NCBI GenBank assembly: GCA_043818055.1
Contig: JBDRGF010000092.1
Span: forward strand, 1-14,350
Source of the DNA: Pseudomonadota bacterium
GTDB lineage: Bacteria > UBA10199 > 2-02-FULL-44-16 > JBDRGF01
Direction of reading: 5' to 3'
DNA: 14,350 bases
The notes under the pieces are model-generated. The model was not told the DNA's origin, searched no databases, and saw only the letters and a program-made list of their open reading frames with translations. Positions 1 through 6,508 of this stretch are shown piece by piece. The position numbers were made by a program, and so were the translations under genes. How positions within the stretch are numbered: position 1 is the first letter of the stretch; every line of letters starts with the position of its first letter.

Positions 1-28
1 TACTTTGTTTTGTTCTTTTTGTTCTTCG

Positions 29-106
29 TGTCATCCCCGCGAAGGCGGGGATCCAGTATTGATAGGTATTAGCCAAATCTGGATCCCCGCCTTCGCGGGG
101 ATGACA
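29..106. repeat. REP/RPE-like palindromic doublet (CGTC/TGTC-tagged class)
   Basis: TGTCATCCCCGCGAAGGCGGGGATCCAG (29-56) and its perfect 28-bp reverse complement (79-106) flank a 22-bp spacer. Each arm is itself a hairpin (ATCCCCGC-GAAG-GCGGGGAT). Confidence 0.9.
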
Positions 107-124
107 AGCGGGAATCATAGGTTT

Positions 125-472
125 TTAGAGGTGCCCATAACAGTGAATGAATTGATTTGTTAAAAAATCCACTTTTACTTTTGTTAACTTTGCTTTTTCG
201 AAATTATAATATTGTATATAGCGATAGCAGTTAATTAAATTTATGTGTTTTCCTTTTTTTAAATTTGAGGCGTAGGTAGTAACTTTATGATTTAATATTT
301 TGGTTGTGATTCGTTTGTTTTCGATAAGTTTTCGTATATAGAAAAATGAAGTGATAATTTCTCTTTGGAAAGTTTCAACAAGATTTTCAGTCCATCGAGG
401 CGGGTTATTTACAGGTTTCAGACGTTTAGCATGTTTAAGAAGTTCATCTTTCCAATATCTCGATTCAATCAC
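125..472 (-). CDS. Hypothetical protein, possibly C-terminally truncated
   Basis: 115-aa ORF with GTG start preceded by a G-rich RBS-like run, 23 bp after the hydrolase stop. Motifs ESRYWK, FFYIRKLIE and NQFIH resemble a conserved hypothetical family (recollection, unverified). Ends 18 bp from the REP doublet. Confidence 0.6.
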   Translation of the reverse strand: MIESRYWKDELLKHAKRLKPVNNPPRWTENLVETFQREIITSFFYIRKLIENKRITTKILNHKVTTYASNLKKGKHINLINCYRYIQYYNFEKAKLTKVKVDFLTNQFIHCYGHL

Positions 473-495
473 ATCCCCCCCCTTTTTTTTAATCC

Positions 496-1401
496 TTACG
501 ACTTATTACTTACTACCTGTTTCTCCCCCAACCACTCATTCACAATTTTGGCCAAACCTTTGGTGTCGAAGGTATTGCCGACTCCAAAAAGATGGTTGCC
601 GTCAGGTTTTGTTGTTACAGTAATGTCGTTGTTAGGAAGCTTTTCTTTCCATATTTCAGTTTGTGATAGATCAACCTCCTTGTCTGCCTCTCCATGTAAT
701 ATAAGTATCGGAAGATCTTTGTATTTATCGTAATATGTCCAATTGGGATTCAATGCCAATTGATCGACAACCCGTCCAGCAGGCCAGCTTTTATCAAACA
801 TCTCATCGCGTTTCATGTCGTGTGCGCTTTCTAATTTTTCAGTTCTTTTTTTCAACTCCTCATCATCTTTAGCTTTGTTAAGGTAAACATCCTTTATGTT
901 AGTTGCTATTGCCCCGAGCAATATCAAAGCCTTTGTATCCTGGAGAGGCAGATGACCCGCATGAAGTGTCCCCTCGCTGAGGGCTAAAACAATTAACGGT
1001 TTGTCGCTTGGTACCCTTTGCCAGACATCGCGAAGCTGTTTCAGTGTAAAATTCAAATCTGTCTTTCGATATTTATCCCAGTCAATTTTGTTGAGATATA
1101 CACCATATTTTCCGTACCTCACTACATCCCAGCCGAGTTTGTTGAGATCGTCCGCCAAATTTTTGTTAAAGCTTTTCTTTGCATAAATGATATCAGCATC
1201 AACAGGTATCCTCCCGTCAACATTTGTTGGAGCCGCCCCTTGAATTATCAGTATTGTACCTTTGCTGTGATCCAGATCAGACTTGGTTAGTATGAAATCA
1301 TACTCCATCTCAGTGCCGAGTTTAGGCGAACAGGATAAAAACGAGACGCCGAGTATTATCAGGGCGAGTGTAGTTAATTTTTGAAAGGTGGTTCTGAGCA
1401 T
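496..1401 (-). CDS. Lipoprotein alpha/beta-fold hydrolase (esterase/peptidase-like)
   Basis: Signal peptide with lipobox FLSC. Nucleophile elbow ALSEG (variant of GxSxG), acid in LILHGEADKEV, His in DGNHLF. Confidence 0.85.
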   Translation of the reverse strand: MLRTTFQKLTTLALIILGVSFLSCSPKLGTEMEYDFILTKSDLDHSKGTILIIQGAAPTNVDGRIPVDADIIYAKKSFNKNLADDLNKLGWDVVRYGKYGVYLNKIDWDKYRKTDLNFTLKQLRDVWQRVPSDKPLIVLALSEGTLHAGHLPLQDTKALILLGAIATNIKDVYLNKAKDDEELKKRTEKLESAHDMKRDEMFDKSWPAGRVVDQLALNPNWTYYDKYKDLPILILHGEADKEVDLSQTEIWKEKLPNNDITVTTKPDGNHLFGVGNTFDTKGLAKIVNEWLGEKQVVSNKS

Positions 1402-1413
1402 GTTACCAATCTC

Positions 1414-1509
1414 TTATTTTTTATCCAACAGCTTCTTTGCATCTGAAAATGATTTGAGTTTTCCTCGTTTGATGCATTCTTCAAGTTGTTGCTCTACTCC
1501 CTTTCCCAT
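1414..1509 (-). pseudogene. Truncated N-terminal stub of a HEPN-type toxin gene
   Basis: Translated by hand: MGKGVEQQLEECIKRGKLKSFSDAKKLLDKK*. The ATG overlaps the MNT 3' end, the usual position of the HEPN partner. The sequence resembles N-termini of MNT-associated HEPN proteins. No RxxxxH motif remains. Confidence 0.6.
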
Positions 1510-2042
1510 ATTGTAATACCTTTCTTAATTTCATCATTTAAAACTGGTTCGTCATCAGAGAAGCTTAACATCTCCTCAGGCGTTTTAAGAATTAACTGGG
1601 TTGATTCGGCAATTGAGCTGTTAGCTATAATTTTTCGAATTTTTTCAGGCTTTGTGCTGATGCAAAATAGATCAAAGTCGCTCTCAGATGTATTGGAACC
1701 GTTTGCACGACTCCCAAATAGTATGATCTTTTCACAAAAGGGTTTTATTTTTTCCATGAGCTCCTCAACTTCTATAAGATTGCTCATGATTTTAAGTTGA
1801 TTGACATAGGCTGTATCATTCAGCTTGTTAAGAATCATTCTTCCGCGCGGTGTTCTCGTTAAAATATTCATTTCGGCTAATTTTTTTAAGGCGATATGTA
1901 CGGATGATTTTTTTATTGAATCGATTTCCGAAGCAATTTCTGCATCTATCAATTCTTTTTCAGAATGTTGGAGTAAAAAGTGGAGGACTGCCCAGACTGA
2001 AGGTGAAAAAGGCTCTTTTTTCATATACTTGCGATTGTCCAT
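1494..2042 (-). CDS. HTH-fused minimal nucleotidyltransferase (MNT/MntA-like antitoxin)
   Basis: IILFGSRANGSNTSESDFDL matches the GSx10DxD MNT motif. N-terminal winged HTH (EIASEIDSIKKSSVHIALKKLAEMNIL). Start is probably ATG 2042 or 2024 rather than TTG 2054. Confidence 0.85.
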   Translation of the reverse strand: MDNRKYMKKEPFSPSVWAVLHFLLQHSEKELIDAEIASEIDSIKKSSVHIALKKLAEMNILTRTPRGRMILNKLNDTAYVNQLKIMSNLIEVEELMEKIKPFCEKIILFGSRANGSNTSESDFDLFCISTKPEKIRKIIANSSIAESTQLILKTPEEMLSFSDDEPVLNDEIKKGITIWERE

Positions 2043-2081
2043 AATATTGGACAATTATCCATTATTTTGGACAATTGTCAA
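2035..2081 (-). promoter_or_regulatory. sigma70-type promoter of the HTH-MNT gene overlapped by two palindromic operators
   Basis: Minus-strand TTGACA (2081-2076), 16-bp spacer, GATAAT (2059-2054). Tandem 20-bp units TTGTCC-N8-GGACAA (2035-2054) and TTATCC-N8-GGACAA (2055-2074). Confidence 0.7.
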
Positions 2082-2376
2082 TGCATATTCCATGGAATTA
2101 ATCTCATGTAGAATTGTCTTGTTACTATTTCCCCATAAAATCCTTCATCGCTGTGTCAAATGAACTGTGCAAACACTCTTTAATATTCACTTTGAACCAT
2201 GCTTGACCTCCACGAAATGTCCTTTAACTCTGGGAATTTCAAAATCAGATATTGTCTGGAGCGACAGGCCGTCAAGATCCATCTCCTCACCAACATACAT
2301 CATCGGACCTGCGGATTGGGAGGTTATTACTAAGAAGTTGGGAATTCATCATTTGTTAGTAAGTTCAAAATAGGTG

Positions 2377-2436
2377 GTAGGCCGAAAGTGCTCGCCCTAA
2401 TTAAGAGGGCAACCACGGGGGGTTGCCCCTACATTT
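2377..2436. repeat. GTAG-type REP doublet, left arm degenerate
   Basis: Right arm GGGCAACCACGGGGGGTTGCCCCTACA (2407-2433). 2394-2436 matches 5204-5246 at 41 of 43 positions. Confidence 0.85.
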
Positions 2437-2455
2437 GCAAGGATGACAAAGGAAC

Positions 2456-2689
2456 TCAAAAACAATTCTTAATATATGGATAGGTTGCAAAAATTACAGC
2501 AATGCTCAAAATTAGACGAAATGCGTTTTTGATGCTGCGGTTGCCCTCGCAAATAGCAGAATATGCGTGATTGAGGCCGGATAGGAAGAAAAAACAAAGG
2601 ATTACGATCAGGATTGCCGTGTACGCCTTCACTCCCCAACTAAAAAAGACGACGACACAACCGCCGATTGAGGTTGCGATGTTGTTCAA
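2456..2689 (-). CDS. Putative small membrane protein (about 77 aa) or gene fragment
   Basis: The C-terminal part of the 143-aa track ORF has 2-3 hydrophobic segments. GAGGA lies 5 nt before TTG 2689. The longer N-terminus is antisense to the Phd gene and its operator, so it is probably spurious. Confidence 0.35.
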   Translation of the reverse strand: MNNIATSIGGCVVVFFSWGVKAYTAILIVILCFFFLSGLNHAYSAICEGNRSIKNAFRLILSIAVIFATYPYIKNCF

Positions 2690-2727
2690 TCGATTCCTCA
2701 ATCTTGAAGGGGATATTAAAATAAGCC

Positions 2728-2777
2728 TTGAGTTATGACCATAATTATGGTCATAAATATGGTCATAAATAGGAGGG
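2728..2777 (+). promoter_or_regulatory. Autoregulatory operator array and RBS of the Phd-NTase operon
   Basis: Three 12-bp units: TTATGACCATAA (2733-2744), TTATGGTCATAA (2745-2756), ATATGGTCATAA (2757-2768). The first two form a perfect 24-bp palindrome. -35-like TTGAGT at 2728; RBS AGGAGG at 2771. Confidence 0.75.
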
Positions 2778-2780
2778 TGT

Positions 2781-3131
2781 ATGAGGATACTGCAGGATGT
2801 GGAATATGTCTCCGTAGCTGAAGCGAAGGCGAAGCTGTCAGAGAAGATCAGGCGCGTAATAGAATCTGGTAGGAGGTTTGTCATCACCTCCCATGGTAAA
2901 CCTCAGGCGGTTTTGATCGATTATAAAGAATATATTTCTCTGATCGAACCTGCAGAAGAGGGGCAACAAATCGACTCTCTTGAAGAGTGGCAGGGGCGCA
3001 AAAAGGAGAGAGGGAAAATAATAGAGAGTATAAGTTCTTTATTCGATGAATCAAAACTGTCCAAAAAGGGACAGAAGGAGTACAAAACAGGTGAAGTTAA
3101 AAAAATATCAAAAGTTAAAAAACGCGCTTAA
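2781..3131 (+). CDS. Phd/YefM-family antitoxin with charged C-terminal extension
   Basis: VSVAEAKAKLSEKIRRV..FVITSHGKPQAVLIDYKEY is a typical Phd/YefM DNA-binding domain. Strong RBS. Confidence 0.9.
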   Translation: MRILQDVEYVSVAEAKAKLSEKIRRVIESGRRFVITSHGKPQAVLIDYKEYISLIEPAEEGQQIDSLEEWQGRKKERGKIIESISSLFDESKLSKKGQKEYKTGEVKKISKVKKRA

Positions 3132-3723
3132 GAAGGCAATAAAGGAAGCCGATCTGGGGATTCGCGGCGTTAAAATAGCGTCAGTGATCGCGGAGGCTCT
3201 TCATGAGATAGATATCGATCCGGTACTGGTTGGCGGTGCGGCAGTTGCCTTTTATTCTGATGGACGATATGTCACAGAAGATATCGATATGCTGGCACCA
3301 TCCGGACCCGATGTTCAGGAGGTCATGGAGGAACTCGGTTTTTCGCGGTTTGGCAAAGACTATATCAATAAAGAGCTTAACATCTATGTGGAGTTTCCCG
3401 GGAGTTCATTGGGACCGACTGAACGTGCGATTGTGATAAAGGTGGGAGATGTCGATCTCAAAATTGTGTCGATTGAGGACCTGATAATAGATCGTCTGAA
3501 TGCCTTCAAATATTGGAAATCCGCCGTCGACGGTGTCAATGCGTTGAACATGCTGGAGCTTGGAATCGGTGATGAAGGGCGCATTATCAATCGTGCGCGA
3601 GAGGATGATGTACTAGATGCTCTGGATTATATTCGGGGCGTGCTTCGGAAGGTGATAAGGCAAAAAATAAATCCCCAGTTAGCAAGTGAATTGCTGATGG
3701 CTTATTTCAAAAAACAACCATGA
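3091..3723 (+). CDS. Nucleotidyltransferase, AbiEii/DUF6036-like (putative toxin)
   Basis: VLVGGAAVAFYSDGRYVTEDIDM matches the GG..(R)xTxDxD Pol-beta-superfamily motif; SIEDLIIDRL helix follows. Likely start is GTG 3091 after AAGGAG (3075-3080), overlapping the Phd gene by 41 nt. Confidence 0.8.
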   Translation: MKLKKYQKLKNALKKAIKEADLGIRGVKIASVIAEALHEIDIDPVLVGGAAVAFYSDGRYVTEDIDMLAPSGPDVQEVMEELGFSRFGKDYINKELNIYVEFPGSSLGPTERAIVIKVGDVDLKIVSIEDLIIDRLNAFKYWKSAVDGVNALNMLELGIGDEGRIINRAREDDVLDALDYIRGVLRKVIRQKINPQLASELLMAYFKKQP

Positions 3724-3751
3724 GGAGAGATTATGATCAAAAGGGGTGATG

Positions 3752-4102
3752 TCATTCACCATCGGCTAAAAATCGCTTCAGATCGTCAATCACTCGCTGT
3801 CCCAACCCAAGCCACCTGACGCCGATCCCGCTTTCGGCATGGTCGAATGTAGCAACCCTGACAACCTCAGCGGTGAAATGAAACGGTTTTTTAAAGCCCG
3901 GTAGCGAAAAGGATAGAAAGAGCAGAGATCCAAGTTTTAGAGGAACGTCGTATTCCAGAAACATTCCACCCAAGCTTATATCCTTCGAGTTGAGATAAAA
4001 GATGTCCTCTCCATATTCATCTTCGAAGATCACCTTTGTCTTGAAATGACGACGGGGGAAAATCCTGCGTTGAGGCGCTTCTTTCATATTTTCGTTCATC
4101 AT
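3752..4102 (-). CDS. Stand-alone PilZ-domain protein (c-di-GMP receptor)
   Basis: RxxxR (RIFPR) and DxSxxG (DISLGG) motifs, AEVVRV..GIGVRW. Start ATG 4102 or 4099 overlaps the upstream stop, with GGAG upstream. Confidence 0.9.
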   Translation of the reverse strand: MMNENMKEAPQRRIFPRRHFKTKVIFEDEYGEDIFYLNSKDISLGGMFLEYDVPLKLGSLLFLSFSLPGFKKPFHFTAEVVRVATFDHAESGIGVRWLGLGQRVIDDLKRFLADGE

Positions 4103-4488
4103 TTGTCTCCGAGCAGTTTTTTTGTCACCTTGAGCATCTCGGGTGGATGAAAAGGTCTCTGTAAAATTTTCGAATTTGGCACCCCTTTTAACAATTTCGA
4201 CCATTCATGGTCAGGGGATCCTTCCGAACACAAGAAGAGCTTATTGATGTTGGCCAGTTTTACATTTTTTTTGAAGACCTCAAGATCGATATGGGCCTTT
4301 GAATCTTTGAATACATTGCTGCTAACGATGATCAGGTCAGCCTTTTCCCTTCGTTTGATCCTCTCAACCAGAGAGTCGATGTCGGAGAGCTTTACCAGCG
4401 TGTAATTGAAGTCCTTAAACAAAACGAAGTAAAAATTTATGGCAAGGTGTGACCTGTCAACTATATATAGGTTTTTATTGGAGCTCAT
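4099..4488 (-). CDS. Atypical single-domain response-regulator receiver (pseudo-receiver)
   Basis: REC-like pattern LYIVDRS..ADLIIVS..KLFLCS..ILQRPFHPPEMLKVTKKLL. The phospho-acceptor Asp appears replaced by Ser and KPF by RPF. Confidence 0.7.
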   Translation of the reverse strand: MSSNKNLYIVDRSHLAINFYFVLFKDFNYTLVKLSDIDSLVERIKRREKADLIIVSSNVFKDSKAHIDLEVFKKNVKLANINKLFLCSEGSPDHEWSKLLKGVPNSKILQRPFHPPEMLKVTKKLLGDK

Positions 4489-4554
4489 GTCCGACCTTAT
4501 ACCATCTTTGTTTGTCTTTCTTCAAACAAAAAAGCGAGTTTGATTCCATTGTTC

Positions 4555-4583
4555 TTGACTTTTTAACGACTCTCTCTTAATTT
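4555..4583 (+). promoter_or_regulatory. Putative sigma70 promoter for pal
   Basis: TTGACT (4555-4560), 17-bp spacer, TAATTT (4578-4583). RBS AGGAGG just upstream of ATG 4621. Confidence 0.45.
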
Positions 4584-4620
4584 ACGCAAATAGAATGTCT
4601 AAAATTTAGGAGGGGGATTT

Positions 4621-5046
4621 ATGAAAAGATCGTATGTAGTTGCTTTGGTTCTCTTGGTGATGGTTACACTCGTAATGACCGGTTGTGCTCGCAAAAAAAC
4701 CACAACAGCAGTGCAGGCTGACTTGCAGAGGGTTCATTTTGATTTCGACAGGTCGAATATCAAATCTGAATACCAGGGAACGCTTGCCAGCAACGCAAAG
4801 TGGATGCAGGCCAACGCAAACACCAATGTAACAATCGAAGGCCATTGTGACGAGCGTGGCTCGGTGGAGTACAACATCGCACTGGGCGATCGTCGTGCGA
4901 ATTCTACAAAGAGCTATTTGAAAAACCTCGGCGTGTCGGCCACCCGTATGAATACAATTTCCTACGGCAAGGAGAGACCTCTTTGCACAGAGCACAATGA
5001 AAGCTGCTGGTGGAGGAACCGCAGGGCTGATTTCGTAGCGAAGTAA
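4621..5046 (+). CDS. pal: Peptidoglycan-associated lipoprotein Pal
   Basis: Lipobox MTGC. OmpA-like domain VHFDFDRS, IEGHCDERGSVEYNIALGDRRA, ISYGKERP, NRRADF. Confidence 0.96.
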   Translation: MKRSYVVALVLLVMVTLVMTGCARKKTTTAVQADLQRVHFDFDRSNIKSEYQGTLASNAKWMQANANTNVTIEGHCDERGSVEYNIALGDRRANSTKSYLKNLGVSATRMNTISYGKERPLCTEHNESCWWRNRRADFVAK

Positions 5047-5083
5047 GGTTGTAAAGCCATAAATTTTGAATACTCAAATGGGG

Positions 5084-5118
5084 GACGCGCCATCCATAAC
5101 TTGGAGGCGCGTTTTCTA
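5084..5118 (+). terminator. Probable intrinsic terminator after pal
   Basis: Bulged hairpin ACGCGCC(A)TCCA-loop-TGGAGGCGCGT followed by TTTCT. Confidence 0.55.
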
Positions 5119-5180
5119 TTGTGGGTAGCATGTGAGTCTGTTGCAGAAGGCACTCTTTTTTGTCAGTTTTTTGATATTTT

Positions 5181-5243
5181 TGTAGGGGCAGGCCCCTGTG
5201 CCTGCCCTTATTAAGAGGGCAACCACGGGGGATTGCCCCTACA
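5181..5243. repeat. GTAG-type REP doublet (REPIN-like)
   Basis: TGTAGGGGCAGGCCCCTGTGCCTGCCC - TTATTAAGA - GGGCAACCACGGGGGATTGCCCCTACA: inverted GTAG-tagged hairpins. Confidence 0.9.
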
Positions 5244-5378
5244 TTTCAGTTCAGCAGAAAACTCTAGCAAAGAGAGGACTTAGTTAGGTGTGGTCAAAGG
5301 CTTGTAAAAGATGTTTTTTTGCTCTACACTCTTCCCTCATATGTAGTATATTGCACGTTATCATTTATAGGAGAGAAT

Positions 5379-6353
5379 ATGTTTAAATATGCTATTTTCA
5401 TTATGATGCTTTTTATTTCGACTTTGGCCGTTGCTGCACAAGTGGATGAGAAGATATCGGATATTGAGAATCGCATCTCTCAGATCGAGAGCACCTACCT
5501 TGAAAACAGCGCTCGTACAGCTGCGGAATTGTCGAGGGTTGAGGCGTTTCAGATAGATATCACAGAAATAAGGGGAGATCTTCAAACAAACAAACATCTT
5601 ATAAACAGCGAGTCGAAGGAGATGGGGTCACGCCTCACAAACATCGAGCAGAGGCTTTCCACGATGGAAGATCGCTTTGATGTTTTCGCCAGTCAGCTCT
5701 ACAGAGCCCTTGAAAAGATAAATCCAAAGATAGCCGACGAAGGAAAACTCTATCAAAGTGCGTTGGATAAAGTCGATAAAGCTCAATATCTCGACGCCAT
5801 TACAACTCTTAAAAGTTTTATAAAAAAATATCCAAAGAGCGATCTTACAGGTTCCGCGCAATACTGGATAGCTGAGTCTTATTATTCCCTGCGCGACTGG
5901 AGAAGGGCGATCAAGGAGTATCAAATATTCATCACAAAATATCCAGGGAATGAAAAAGTTTCGAACGCTATACTCAAACAGGGATTTGCTTTTACAAAGC
6001 TCAATCTGCTCGACGAAGCGAAGCTATTCTTGAACAAGGTGCTCAAAGATTTTCCATCTTCTCAGGATGGCGCGGCTGCTAAAGAGAAACTGGATGTAAT
6101 CGAAAACAAACAGAGCCAGAGCAAGATTGAAGCAAAACCGGCCGAGCCGACATCGTATCCTGACAAGACGCTTCAACAGGTTAGGCAGGAGACGAGTGCC
6201 GCCACGAAGGAATCTGATAAAAAGTTGCTCGAAATGAAGAAAGAAGATGGAATAGAAGAAAAAAGCATAACTGAGAAAAAAATCGAAACCAAGAACGATG
6301 ATAACAGTTCGGTTAAAGAAGTGAAAAAAGAAGTTGAAGAGGAGATGTTCTAG
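5379..6353 (+). CDS. cpoB: Tol-Pal system periplasmic protein CpoB/YbgF
   Basis: Signal peptide (AVA-AQ), coiled coil, TPRs (FIKKYPKS..AQYWIAESYY; YPGNEKVSNAILKQG), located directly after pal. Start ATG 5379 follows AGGAGA. Confidence 0.9.
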   Translation: MFKYAIFIMMLFISTLAVAAQVDEKISDIENRISQIESTYLENSARTAAELSRVEAFQIDITEIRGDLQTNKHLINSESKEMGSRLTNIEQRLSTMEDRFDVFASQLYRALEKINPKIADEGKLYQSALDKVDKAQYLDAITTLKSFIKKYPKSDLTGSAQYWIAESYYSLRDWRRAIKEYQIFITKYPGNEKVSNAILKQGFAFTKLNLLDEAKLFLNKVLKDFPSSQDGAAAKEKLDVIENKQSQSKIEAKPAEPTSYPDKTLQQVRQETSAATKESDKKLLEMKKEDGIEEKSITEKKIETKNDDNSSVKEVKKEVEEEMF

Positions 6354-6508
6354 TGCTTCGTCAATTTAATTTCCACCAGTGGAAATATGATAATATTAAA
6401 TTGTTACGAGCACTTGTGCCCTTCCTCACTATAAAGAATTTAATAGATGAGGTGCTAGAAAACTTGTACCGATCAATAATATAAAAAATGAATGGAGGCG
6501 GTGCTAAG

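Noticed and set aside
351..2163. Plus-strand ORFs 351-623, 365-733, 1001-1186, 1018-1290, 1486-1800, 1825-2163, 1850-2044
   Set aside because: Antisense shadows of well-supported minus-strand genes.
2090..2373. Gene in the gap between the MNT promoter and the REP (track ORF 2167-2373 +; minus-strand frame ..MMYVGEEMDLDGLSLQTISDFEIPRVKGHFVEVKHGSK*)
   Set aside because: No recognisable motifs or convincing start. It may be a gene remnant but cannot be supported.
2733..2768. CRISPR-like or iteron repeats
   Set aside because: Units are 12 bp, abutting, without spacers or cas/rep genes. An operator fits better.
3046..3090. ATG 3046 as the NTase start (likewise 4204 for PilZ, 5319 for CpoB, 6488 for TsaD)
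   Set aside because: Downstream starts have better RBSs, fit domain or signal-peptide boundaries, and avoid long overlaps.
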